From Kudoa neothunni (lineage: Eukaryota; Animalia; Cnidaria): a DNA stretch of 64,000 nt. This document shows, piece by piece, positions 27,043 to 40,051 of the stretch (the stretch's first letter is position 1; every line of letters begins with the position of its first letter). Below the pieces are notes generated by a model. It searched no databases and was not told where the DNA came from. It was given only the letters and a program-made list of their open reading frames with translations. The stretch spans positions 10,089,201 to 10,153,200 of the forward strand of contig OZ199839.1 of NCBI GenBank assembly GCA_964304625.1, given 5' to 3'. The translations under genes and the position numbers were made by a program.

Positions 27043-29964
27043 ATGGAGATATTCTTCTTGTTGCTTAGTTGTTTTTCTCAATTTTTATGTAATTAATTAC
27101 AAGTATTAACGTGAATAAAAATATTTAGTCATAAACAAGGATTTTGTGCATGCAGCTCTAGATGCGTCTAGCGCCCCTTCTAAAAACCTATTCTATAACA
27201 TAGCAGATAGGGATAAAGTACATCTCACATTATCTGGAACAGAGTACGTTACTAGTGGGAAAAAATGCCTTATAAGAAAGGAAAAGGATAATGCTGTTGA
27301 ATTTGATCAGATTAATTCTTGCCCTAAAAATGAAGTTTCTGATGGAACTGGCAAATGCGTTCGATCATGTTTCGGGAGTGATATTAATCTGGCGTTTAAT
27401 GTCCTATCACCTAGAACAAAATATATTTATGTTTATTCTGGGGAAGTTGCAAACACAATAAAAGATAAGAATACTGGAGGAGACGTATTTGGACTCTCTA
27501 TTCGTATATTACACTAAATAATTACATATAATAAATTATAAATAGCACTTTTGGTGAATCCATTAATTTCAATCTCTACGGATACTAACAAAAAATTAAA
27601 GTTTGAGACTAAAACATGTCCGAATGTTGCTTGTCCTATTTTATACAAAAGTGTTGAATACGCCAAAGGTACCGCTGGTGGTTCTTGTATAGCTGAAAAT
27701 CAAGAGAATACGGTTGATTTTGACATATTGATTCCTCATTATGAGATGAAATGTACAAATTACCCCAGATTTTTCTACAATATGCCCAATTCTTATATGA
27801 AAAAAAATATTGATGTGTATAAACCTCAATACTATGTGACATATAAAGAAGGTGATGATACAAAGAAAAAATACCTTCTCAAATTCCAAAATACATTCCC
27901 ATCAGAAATATGTCTATTCAAGATAAAGGATGCAGCAAACAATGCCAGTGGTAAAACAGCCACCTATGCATCATCGTGTGGTGGTGAAACAGGGGAAAAT
28001 TGTTACGCTCCATGCGATAATGTTGAACTGACACTTGCCGCATCTAAGCCAATCGTAAAAATATTGATTCAAACTAGGCATCATAAGCCAGAAGCTACTA
28101 ATAATATCTTTGAAGGTTATGAAGCAACCAAATTCGGTACGATTTATAGTAAATGTACTATAATTAATATTATTTATAGTTATCGTAGAAGGTACAAGTG
28201 CAAGCACCTTGTTAACATCACCATCCGATGTGGGAATAACACTTAATCGACCTTTATTTAGTCCAAAGAACAACCCTGGGAAATTTTACAATTGTTTATT
28301 AGAGCATTTTCCAGCCGATAAAATCAGACCTGAAACAGGGACTACTTCAAGATGCTCCGACGATATGTGTGGAAACAACTGCCCAGATATTGCTGACATT
28401 ATTGGTTTGGAATCAGGAAAAGCATATATAATTCAAATAAGAAGTGGAGGAATAAATGATTACGGTGACGTCAAAGAATATTTATTTTTCAAAACAAGTG
28501 ATTTAACACAAAAGATCACATTTTATAATTTTTTTAGATAATAAAGATGGATCAAATTTCGTCACTACGGCATCAACCGTAACTGACGTAACTGCTGCAG
28601 TCAAGGCGATTGACAGAACTGTGGGAACCGACCCTACTGAACCAACATGTTCATATTACATCAGTAAAGCAGGTAAACACATGTTTGTAGAAGCAGAATG
28701 TGAAGATAGTAATCCATGCAGAGGATTTTGCACGGAAACTCAGAAATTGATAAATTTACACCTGAAAACAAATTATGATATCAAAGTTGTTTCAAATAAA
28801 GATTATGGTGAAAAAATATTTGAAAATGTTTCAACTAGTAAAAATAAGCTATCGCAATCATATTTAATTTACATTTATTAGCCTTTTCAACTCTCACTCT
28901 ATCCCACAAATTCCTAGACAGGGGATTTCAAGTGATCGGAAACTTGGCAACTGCATATCCAGAAGCGATCTGTAGCTACAAAATTAGAGTAAAAGATGAG
29001 ACTAGTTCAAATGAAGTTTATTCCTGTCCCACGGTTACCCCTAATCCTCCACAGGTCATCCCACCTACTACCAATGCTGACCAGTCTTCCATAAATAAAG
29101 AAATAAGACAACCTCAGTTGGTCGATGCGGCCAATTATCATACTAATAGAGTAGTCAGGGCCAGTATTGGAGCGGATTCAACTCTAAATTCATCTACGAT
29201 CACCCAACCTAAGTTCCCTCCATGCAATAAACCACCACTATGCAGCAACATAATAATTAGTGATGGTTACGAGGCTGATAAAGAGTACCAAGTATTGGTT
29301 ATCGCTGTAGGCAGATCAGAAGAAGTTACCATCGATATTCCCAAAAGTACAATCTTTACCCATCAAACTATAGAATTTTGAATGTATCACACATAAATAG
29401 ATGTTCCTCCCGAGAATCCAGTGGAAGTAGACAAACAAATCACAGTGAATATCGAAAGAGTCGGTGAAACCTTAAAAATCACATCATCGTTTCCAAAAGA
29501 AAAGGCTGAAAATTCAGTGTGTCAATGGATTTTGAAAAATACGAGCGATCCTTGTTTACCTGTAGTTAAAAAATGCGTTACTGTTGGAGTTGGCGGTTGT
29601 ACGCTTCCAACATGCAAATCATTCATAATTGATGATGTAAGCGATACCAGTGATTATCATTTAACGGTTATTCACTCGGAAGATCCTACAGTTAAAGGCG
29701 TGGGGAGAATAAAACGAGGTATTCAACATGAAATAATTAATTTAATTATCAATATAGGAGAAACCTCTAATAAATCAACGTAAAATTATGTAAAAATAAT
29801 GTTAAATAAAATTTATTTAGGGCGAGCATCAAAATGTATTGTTTTTTTTTATTTGAGCATGTTTGAATGAGATAATATTTAGAATAATTGGGATAGTTGT
29901 ACCGATTCTAATTGTCGTCGTAGCTGTTGGATTGTACTATGGTTGCATAAAGAATAAAGCGTAA
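27043..29964 (+). CDS. Uncharacterised type I membrane protein (about 843 aa): signal peptide, seven Cys-rich modules (several FN3-like), TM helix, short tail
   Basis: Exons 27043-27088, 27129-27503, 27546-28136, 28180-28497, 28538-28837, 28882-29346, 29401-29718, 29758-29779, 29821-29835, 29883-29964. All introns are GT-AG, 39-54 nt, and the frame stays open. Starts MEIFFLLLSCFSQFLF and ends IIIGIVVPILIVVVAVGLYYGCIKNKA*. Paralog of 49575-51892. Confidence 0.85.
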
Positions 29965-31024
29965 CTGTAGACTCCAAGCCTACCCATTGACCTAATTAAA
30001 AATTATAACATACATATGCATGAATTTTAATAGCATATGTTTATCAAAAATTTAGATGTTATTTCAGTCATTCGAATTTTATTGAATCGTTATATAAAAA
30101 TAAGTTGGAATTGTATAAGTGCTAATCATTATAATTTCGTACTATAAGACAGCTCTGTTATTCAGTCATTGTAAATGATATCGAATTAAATTGGGGATTA
30201 CCATAAATTAATATAATATTTATTAGAATTAGAGTAAATGAGTTAAGAGTAATGTTGAAACAAACATATTTAAATAAATATGAATATATTTTTTATTTTC
30301 ATTGATAAATACACAGTAAAGTCTCCATACAACGTAGAAAACCTAAATTTGCTACGATGTAACAAATCATTACATATTATAGGGGTGGGCAACAGAGGTG
30401 GCCGGAAGAACCAAATATTGATGATGGAAGAAAATGTTTCCACTTTCGGAGCCATAACATTAAATATAGGCTCAAACATCAAAAGCTTTATCATAAATAT
30501 TATAGAATACATACATTCCAGGCGAATCTCGAGATAATTATTGAATCGGCATATATATATGCGTGTCTGTAACCAATTAATCTATTATTTCAAGAAAGTG
30601 GCTATTGACATGTTAAATAATATATATGTGACACTAATGTTGACTCTACTTTATTTATTTCTGGTCCACCGCTTTGCTTTTTTGGGCCAGAAATAATTAA
30701 ATCTGTGAACGACTTGTAAGTAAGAGTTGCTGAGGTTAAAAATTTCTATTGCGCTACTTACATGCCTTTTAGAATTAAACTTTAACGTTCCAATAAATAT
30801 TCTATGCCTTATTTTAATTCATAAAATTATACAATTTGATTGGAATCAGCGCATACCGGAAAATAATGAGCAAAAATTAGTTTCATTGGAACACTGCTGA
30901 TTCGTACAAATAAATTTTGTAAACAACACTTTTAAATATCAATAAAATAAAGTAAATGAACAACAACATTTTATACGATGAAAATTCTACAGTTGAAGCT
31001 AGAACAAAACTTACGCTCCAAAAA

Positions 31025-32109
31025 GGATGGCGTCTCTTTCTACAACAACAATGCATGTGCGAGGTTATAAGATTAAACTTATTTTCATTATTTTTGTATG
31101 TTATTAGACGAATAACTAAATTTTAATAAATGATATCATATTTTTATATTTTATTATAACGCATAAATAATGTTTATGGCCAATTCTAGCGTTTAAAAAC
31201 AAATGCAACAATTCAGAAAGAATTTAATGCTATATGAGATTTTTAAAATGAGTTATTGATTATAAATAACTTTTTTTTATTATTCATATTTATTCGTGGT
31301 AAAAATATTTTGGAGAGCGATTTCACTATTCGGGAAAACTAGTTATCGAGGAGTCCGGACAAGATGACTGATGATGTAATAATGAGCACTTTTTTATGTT
31401 TTTCCTCGATACAACAGAAACTATGTTGATTTTATGTTTAATAATGTCATGGTTATCAAAATCGGTGAAGAAATGTTTTGCGATTGTTTTTTATTTTGCA
31501 CCAAATACCGCGTAACCATCTACTAAGATTGGTAAAACCATCTGAGGCCAGTATAGAAACATTTATTATCCTCATTTGGATTATAAACAATAATTCAATC
31601 GGCTCAAAAAAACATAATGTTGCATCTGAATATGGCGAAATAATGACAAACAGCGATGTATCAGCTGACCCGAGAGTGTACACCGAAGAAGATAATGAGT
31701 CTAACTGTAATTAATTCATTCAAACTCATAATGAAACCAAAATATATGAAAATAATAACTATGAATACAAAAGGTGACAGACAGATTATTTCATACATTA
31801 AATTAACTTAGTGAAAGTGATTGTAGAAAATGATTTATTGAATTTAACTCCTCTTCACAGCAGTATGAATAAACTTAATTTTATTATGAACGAGGTAAAA
31901 GCTACGCGTAGACCCAAAACAATGAATACTTATTTTGAATTTGATAAACAACTTCTTGATATCTAAATGTTATGTTTGTAAAAAACATAAGCACTTTGTT
32001 TGTAAAATTGTTGTGGGTTATTCGCTTTATAATATATAAATCTAACGGAAATAAAATTAATCTAATAATCCTGGCACATGCACCATTGTTGTGGAAAGAG
32101 ACACTACCC
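31025..32109. mobile_element. Non-autonomous TIR element (about 95-bp TIRs, degenerate 8-bp TSD)
   Basis: GGATGGCGTCTCTTTCTACAACAACAATGCATGTGC... is inverted at 32016-32109. Flanks TCCAAAAA / TCTAAAAG match 6 of 8. Confidence 0.65.
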
Positions 32110-32322
32110 TCTAAAAGCAACAATTGAGTTAAAATATAATTCATTTTATTTAAATTTCGAATATATTAATGTCAAGATAATTTTAAATATTAAATTAACA
32201 TAAAAATGAGTATCTAATAATACATAAATAAAAGTATAATCAATAGCATACATTACTAAATAAACCAAAAAGTAAAATATTTTAATTAATGAAAAGAAAA
32301 AAAGAATATAAATAACAGCAAA

Positions 32323-34672
32323 TTATACAACTTTATATATAGGAAACCAATTAGTTATTTTCCTTTCATTCCTAGTCGACTTTTGGGACTTTTCTACCGA
32401 AAATAGAGCAGATTCGAGTTTGTCATGATCCCAATCAAATTTTTCATTACAGAACTTAAACAGCGATTTCTTATTGATTTTGCTCCACGAAAAAACTCGC
32501 TTAGAATAATCGTCAACAATTGGTTGTAGGAACGAATTTATTATGGTTCTGTTAGGAAAACTTTCAGGTAGCGATAAATTTTTTAATTTTTTCATTATTG
32601 GATGTGTTTCTGTTTCACATTGTACAGCTTCTTTAAATTTTTCAAGGGTATCAAAAGCACTATTATTTGTGAAAAATTGATTGACAATAGAGAGGGCCTT
32701 AACTGGCCCTATATTTTCGATGCCAGAAGTGTAATCACAACCACTCAACACAGCAAAAGCAATCAATTGAGCTCTCGATAAAGGCATATCACAACTATCA
32801 AAGATGCGTCCATACCTACTAGATAGATGTTTAGTGGTTTTGATGGTGGCTCGACGAATATCTCCAAGTTGATGCAAAAATCCTTTAAGCACTCTTTTAG
32901 CGCCAAAAAGCAAAGCATCTCCATCGTTAGTGAGAACGAAGTCACATTTGGATATTCTACAATAAAATTACCAGGCCACATATTACAAACCCAATTTAAT
33001 ACAAGTTCAAATGAGCACATTGTGCTTCCGCCTCTCCAGGCGCGAACATCCACGGTATACCGAAGCAATCAAAAAGTTCTATACAGTCTCTAATAATCTG
33101 CTCTGTTACTGATGAGGCTTGTCTCTCAATCTTAGTTATTTCCCCAATGAGGGAAGATGTATCTTCTTTAATTTTTTGAGAAACGTTTTTCAGATCAACT
33201 TTTTCTGATTTTAAGCTCGGAAATATCCTTTCAACTGCTGGTTCGTCCTTAATCTTTAATAAATCGTTTTCATTTTCCTCCTTAGCACCAACATCTATAA
33301 TATGACTTTGGACGACATGCTCTTTTGGTTCAACAATAAAATCTTCCGTCGACCCCAGCACCATATTTTCAATCATTACATTCTTAGTTGACTCCTTAAT
33401 AGGAGAATTTGTGGATAATTCCGATTTCATTATATTTATATCATTCAACTTATTTAACTCTGTAGCTGTCTCAATTTTATGGTCAGCTGGCGATATTGGT
33501 AGAGACCTCTCATCGACACCGTCGTCATCATCAGAAAGATTAGATTTCACAAATACTACCGAGCATTTTGATTTTTTTAGTGGATCTCTTATTTGGGTGG
33601 GTAATTTGCGTTTGGTAAAGTTCATGGATTTCAATTTGGAGACGTTTACTTGGATACCATCAGAATCTAACTCACTATCCTTAACATTGTTATGCGAAGC
33701 GATGTAGCCTTCTTGTTCCAGTAAAACATAATAAGAATGTTCATCTGAAGCTAATCTACTCCCTGATAAGATTTTGTCTCTGCCGATTTTATTGTATTCT
33801 TCATTGAGTTGAGTGAGGTTGTTCTGTCTGAGTTGGGTTTCAATTTCATTCAACTTGTGTGTGATACGAGCCTTTCGCATAAGTCTCTGATACTACAAAA
33901 GTATTGAAACAAAGCAGCATAATACAGGATTGAACAAATTACTTGATATTTTGAAATGTCATCAATTTTTTCGTTAAAAGAAAACCCAACGTTCATATCA
34001 TACTTCAGTTGCTCCCTCGCATCATTTAATAGTTTGTGCTGTTCAGGGAGTGAAAGTTGTTCAAATTTATCTCCAAACATACTCGTATCCTCATTAAGTT
34101 CACTTATTTCTAACAAATCTTCTCGATCGACACAACAAAATGTATCAACATTATTGAATATTTCCATAGAGCTTTTTATAGGTACATCACGAACCGGAAT
34201 ATTCTTCAAATATTCCCTGTGAGGAAGATCGAAAGGATCTTTGTAGACAGGTTGTGAAGTGCTAACTATGAATTCACTATTGGTACTGTTGTCGATATCT
34301 GGATTGCAAACATTTAGTTCTGCAGCAACCAATTGATTGACAACTAGCCTCCGATGTTTTTGGTCGCGTTCACTCTGTTGATTAATCTGTCGTTGTTTTC
34401 GCTTTCTTCGAGTTTTCTGCTTTATAGTGGGCGCCTCACCATCAAATACAAATATTGGTTTCATTCCAAGCTCTAGCATTCGGCATATTCTCTTGAAAAT
34501 GTAAAGGAGGTGTGCATTCGCCATTTTGGAACCGTCCACATTTCGCATTCCTTTGGTTGCAATATTCAACCACACACTCACATCCACTGCAGCTGTAGCA
34601 CCATTAAGATCATCATAACAAATATTTTTTCCAGCATTATCTATTATTTTCCACAATCCTTGAACCCCCCAT
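32323..34672 (-). CDS. ERCC5: XPG/Rad2 nucleotide-excision-repair endonuclease, 3 exons; start codon one base out of frame in this sequence
   Basis: N domain GVQGLW...AVDVSVWL...NAHL...KPIFVFDGEAPTIK. I domain FGIPWMFAPGEAEAQCAHL|ISKCDFVLTNDGDALLFGAKRV. H3TH motif LSGCDYTSGIENIGPVKA and PIP-like ERKITNWF. Two short GT-AG introns at about 33893-33942 and 32957-33002 join the three ORFs. Confidence 0.92.
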
Positions 34673-35565
34673 GATCTAGTGGGCTGACTCTCAAATCAGT
34701 TTCAGTCTACTCCTACTAACTAACGACTATCATATAATCTAACACGCGCATCACAAAATAATAAAACATTGTTCGTTTACTCTTGATTCACGAGAGAGTT
34801 TATATGTTAGGCAATACTAACAATGCTAATACATCGAATTTTCTAAGCTCGACTTTGTTTATTACATTCTAAGTGATAAATTACAGCGAATAATTTTATA
34901 ACGCATATTAAATTATTTATAATTATTTCAACATCGTTTCAAATAAAATTTCTGAACGAAAATTATTAGAATAATCCCCCTGCTCGCGCAACATATAACC
35001 AAAAGGTCATTTAACTAAGTAAATAATTGTGCATGGCACTCTTCATTTCTTATTAAACAACGATTCACAACAGAAACTACACTTAAAAATATTATCTTTC
35101 TTATTTTTTATCAGAAAATAAATTGCAACTAGCCACGTTTGTTAACTTGCGAAGTTTTTAAGATTAAGATAAGTTTGGCAGCCAATATCAAAACTGCAGT
35201 CATCAGTTCTAAATAGCTCGTAATCTTCGTAATTATATAGCATAAATTCGAATTCTTAATTAGTTTGTTATATAAAAATATTAACTCTTGATAGGTATCG
35301 TTAGTCACGTATAATATAGGTCACAATTAGGCCCTCAACAAATTGAGGGTAAGGGGATAATCCTCTACTTCGAAGAGATTAAGTCAATCTATTAATAAGA
35401 TAGCGTGATTCGTTCACAATGTATTTTTGTAATCAATGTTAGGAGAAATTTTTTACCGAAATTCAGCAGTGCATTATTTTTTGGAATAAACTATTTTATC
35501 TATTTTAAAGTATCAGCTAAACTACAGTATTAAAGTATCAGTGTAGCAGTTGGGGTGTTGTCGCA

Positions 35566-35790
35566 TACAAAATCGGAAATAAAATCGTTTCCTACAATTC
35601 GGGCTGTTAATTCACTTCTTTTTTAAAAGTTTTTTCATTTTTGATCTTATCAAAAAAATACACTATGTATTTAAATTCAGCTCAAAAAGAATTAACCTAT
35701 AAACTGGAAATAAATCTTAAGTCGAGCACGTTCGGATTCGCGTGGAATCTCTATGTTGTTGATAAATACATCAAAAATATTATTATTTCT
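35566..35790 (-). repeat. Partial copy of the 18426-18737 MITE
   Basis: AATCGGAAATAAAATCGTTTCCTACAATT...GTCGAGCACGTTCGGATTCGCGTGGAATCTCTATG matches the reverse complement of 18540-18737. Confidence 0.7.
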
Positions 35791-37326
35791 CTATTATTTT
35801 AACAAATCCAGAGTCGCTAATTGTTCAATGAATTTTTTATTCGTATCTGTTAATAAAAGTTTGTAAATGTTCAATCTTGTGATTTCGTATTTTACATACA
35901 GACCTTTTTGATTAATTCTATTCAAAACTAAAACAAAGATGTTTCAATTTAACTATGGCGTAACTTAATGTGATTTTTAGTTTATAAATTTTTTTGCGTA
36001 GTTTATTCGTGAATAAAAAAATTTTATAATAATATTTGTTCCAAAAATCCAACTTGAAAATTTATAATTTACTCTATTAAGTTATCTTTTTATTTATATA
36101 CACTAAGTAATTATCAACAAAAATATTCAATTTAATTTTTTTTAATTAAAGTAACTTTAGAACAGAACATTCGTCACAAATCAACATGTACGTTTTTTAA
36201 ACATTTTATGTTAAATCTATAATGGATGTTAATATGTCAAATGCATTTTTTTATTATTTATTTCAACAATATTTCTGCGTGGTTGAATGTTTCAGGCTTT
36301 TTAACTAATATAATTAATTTACTGAGACGCATTATCTATCAAAATGTTTTTTAAAACTAGTAACAACCCCAAAACGTTTGAACCATGAAATCCTCAATAA
36401 TCCTCACTTCAACACATAATCACCTTCGTTTTTTTAAGTCTAGCCTAGCTACAATGGATCAACGATGACAGGTAGATTAGTTTAATCATTTCACGGGTAA
36501 ACACTAAACCAAATATTGAGGTCTCAAGTATTGTTATTTAAGGGAATGGTTATTGGCATGATATGTAATATCCAGTTGTCACCATTTTCGACTATATTTA
36601 TTAACGACCCTAAGAGTGAATTAATGGGTAAGAAATAATTAGATATCACGAATTTGAAAAAATTACGTCTGTATACAACGTGTGAACTAAAGCTACTCGG
36701 ATAAAATTTGTTTCTTGGGCTTACTTATGCTTACATGACGATTTGAATTAAAATTTACCAAATTAATAGCCTCTGCCATTTTATTTATATAGATCAGACG
36801 TCACCAAAGTTTTTAACTGGCGGACTAAATTTTTAATGTCCAAACTCTTCGAGGGACGGATCAAAAATTTTGTTTCGAAAAGCAATTATAAAGAAGAAAC
36901 AAAAATAATATATTGAATGAAAATAGGTCATTCCTGGCGAAAGTTATAGCATGAATATAACGCTAATCTGGGTTTAAAAATATAGAATTGATATCCGATC
37001 TAATTATAATCTACAATCTGAAAATTCGGCCATTATTCTGCATTTTAACTTATAAAAATTAATTATAAATGCTTTTAAGGTAGATATTAAAGTAATATTG
37101 CGGAATAACATCAATTTTACTGCCTACATTTAGATAGTCATTTTTTTAGATTTCTTCTTAATCTAGAATATGAACTTCAAGAAAATTTATCACTTCAAAC
37201 AATCTTCATAAAGATTCTAATACGATTAATATCGAAAGTTGACAACTGGTTTCCGTCTGCACGGATTTTCTCACGAGAAGTCTCCATTCAACTCTATTCA
37301 ATAAAATAGGCTTTGATGTCAACGCG

Positions 37327-38055
37327 ATGAGGTCAAAAAGTTCTTTACAATGTCTGTTGATAATGAATAACAATGGATTGGGTGTTGATGCTATGGATTG
37401 GTGTAGAATTCATTCCTATCTCACCAAAAAACAAATAACAGTACAAATCGCCACCAAATTAGGTGGAGCAATCAAAATTGAAAATCTGGATCCTACATCT
37501 GACGAGCCTTACCAGCAATATATTCAAAATAATCCTATCAACACATCAGTTCCATTTGATAGTGTAGATCCTTCCGTGTTCGACTGTGTGATAATTCCTT
37601 CATGTGAAAATTATTTAATGGAGTTGGTGAGTTGCAACCGACTCGGATACATACTCTACGAGTTTAACTCACTTAACAAAGTGATATGTGCCATTGGTTT
37701 TGGAGTAGCAGGTTTACTTTCTGCCAAATCGGACTCAATCAAAGACTTCTCTTCTCTTGTTCAAAATTCAGACAACACCTCAATGAAATGGTCATTTGCA
37801 GGTCGGTCAATAACTGGTCCAACAATTCAACAAATATTTCAACATTTCCACTCAAAAGATAATGCTTCCTGTGATTATCCTATGTTTTTGGAAAATCAGA
37901 TTCGGTTCGAGGGAGGTAATTTTGTTTCCTCGACCGACCTATCCAAACCCCACATTGTCATAGATAACAATCTAATAACTTCTCAAAATACAGTTTCTTA
38001 TGGATTACTATTGAAACTTGTAGTTAATTTAATGAAATCAAAAAACTCTGGATGA
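37327..38055 (+). CDS. GATD1: GATD1/PDDC1-like DJ-1/PfpI-fold protein (FERRY complex subunit Fy-5), single exon
   Basis: CLLIM...GV, VQIAT, VIIPSC, KVICAIGFGVAGL, WSFAGRSITGP, HIVIDNNLITSQN. IPSC and the Gly at the DJ-1 nucleophile position are GATD1 hallmarks. Confidence 0.88.
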   Translation: MRSKSSLQCLLIMNNNGLGVDAMDWCRIHSYLTKKQITVQIATKLGGAIKIENLDPTSDEPYQQYIQNNPINTSVPFDSVDPSVFDCVIIPSCENYLMELVSCNRLGYILYEFNSLNKVICAIGFGVAGLLSAKSDSIKDFSSLVQNSDNTSMKWSFAGRSITGPTIQQIFQHFHSKDNASCDYPMFLENQIRFEGGNFVSSTDLSKPHIVIDNNLITSQNTVSYGLLLKLVVNLMKSKNSG

Positions 38056-38160
38056 TATAAACTTAATTTGCTTTTAGGAGCGATGTCATTTTAAATTTGT
38101 TGTTTATTTGCTTTCGAAGCTTATCGCTTGCCAATTATTCATTTGTTTTAAAGGTAATTA

Positions 38161-40051
38161 CAGTAGGCGGCCGATCTTGTACACCTTTCAAAAAATTGTT
38201 ATGATGAAATTTTTAGTATCTAGTCAGCTTTAAATAAAATATATGTATAAATTTTTAGCGTTTTAACTAAATATAAATAACTTCAAATAGTTGAAGTGAG
38301 ATAATAAATGCCACATGACTAATTGATTTTGCACACTTTTCTCGACCATCTTTTGGTTTAATTTTTGTTTGATATCAATTAAATAATACAGATGGCAATA
38401 ACTAATTTAAAAATTATTAGAACTTTGGAAGGTTTATGCAAAATAATAAAGTATTTCGAATATCGCCACCCTAAATGGGATTCTTCGTAAGAAAGAGAAA
38501 CTAATTCCTACTGTTGAAGGAGGATTGACATGAAATAAAAGAAAAAACATAAATAATGGATCAAACGTTGAATATGAGCAAGATGTTTACGATTGGATAT
38601 GTTTGATAAGGGATAAAAATCGAAATCACCGCCTCTGATATCATAAATAAAAGAATTGAACGTTCATTTGAAAATATGAATCCGGAAATTGTGACAATTT
38701 TGTGGTTTAAGGGCTTTAAAAACGATTTAACCTAAAAAATTAATTTCCCTGGCGAAACCGCAGATGTGGATTCTGCAGTTGTTGAAGAATGGATTCCACA
38801 ACTTAAAAACATATGTGAAAATTATAGCTCAGATTGTAAATATAATATCGACGAATCTGCATTATTCTACCAGCAACATAGAGGTATATGTAGTTTTTTA
38901 ACATTTTGATTTATTTTGTAGGTAAAAGTTTTGTAGTTTCATCAGAAAGAAATATAAAAGGGATAAAACAATCGATGAAGCGAGTAACTATTTTTATGAG
39001 GTGCCTCAATGAGCGGTGAAAATCTCGAACCACTAATAATCGGCAAGAACAAAAACCCTCGTTGTTTTAAGAATATTAAAAAACTTCCGGTGTCATCTGG
39101 AAACAATAATAAAGGTTGGGTGAATAGTGAAGTATTCTTGAGATATATAACCAATCTTAATCAATCATTTGAAAAAAGGAATAAACATGTGTTATTATTT
39201 CTTGATAATGCATCCTCTCATTGAAAAAAAAATTGAGAAATATTAAAATGGTTTTTCTCATAAAAAAACGAATGTTTTACAACCTCTTGATCAGAGGATA
39301 ATATATTCGTTTAAATCTTCCTACAAAAGAGCTATGATTAAGGGATATATTGCTCGTGTTGAAACAGGTATTGATCCCATCCCTCCGAACCTATTAGAGG
39401 CAATGTTTCTTATAAGAAGTTCTTGGGATATGGTTATTCCAGAAATAATTAGAAATTGTTTTAAAAAGGCGTATTTTCCTATTGATGAATTGTCCTCAAT
39501 ATCACTACCACTAAGCGAGAATTTAATAATAAAAAATGCATCTAATGGAGAAAGCAATGATATTATATGTCCAGTGAAAATTAATGATCAAATATAGGAG
39601 ATGATTCAGGAGGAGGATGAAATTTGTTGCTTATATAATGGCCATTCTACGTTAGATTTAGACAGTAGGGTAATTTAGTGGATCTGGTGAGGAAGTGCCT
39701 GAAGATAAATCTGAGGATACTCCTGTTCTGAATTTCAAAGAGGCTATTGATTCTATCAGTGAACTTCAAAAATTATTTCTGAAAAACGACATTAATTGAT
39801 CAAAAATTCTTTCAAATCTTGAGAACAACGTATGCGATATCATGTGGAAATATACTAAACAATCGAAAATAACCGATTTTTTCAAACGTTAGAATATAAA
39901 TATTATCTAATTTACTATATTGAATTTCATCTTTATCTAAATATATTTCCTAGGCGATTAAGAATTAAAATTTTACTTTTACGTGTTAAAAATATAATAT
40001 TAAAATATTGTTTGCACACGCATAAAGCGTGTAAAGTCAATTAAACTACTG
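38161..40051 (+). mobile_element. Decayed pogo/Tigger (CENP-B-like, DDE_1) transposon
   Basis: TA|CAGTAG...CTACTG|TA ends. Fragments YNIDESALFY, MSGENLEPLIIGKNKNPRCFKN, KGWVNSEVF, VLLFLDNASSH, LQPLDQ, IIRNCFKKA, KQSKITDFFK, with stops and frameshifts. Confidence 0.88.

Noticed and set aside
27043-29964. Non-standard genetic code, stop readthrough or non-canonical introns to explain fragmented ORFs
   Set aside because: Every host gene resolves with standard-code GT-AG splicing, apart from the single XPG homopolymer.
32763-34222. Overlapping and antisense ORFs within XPG (likewise within Scribble, ICMT and the Cys-rich genes)
   Set aside because: Shadow frames of real coding exons; short introns explain the apparent frame changes.
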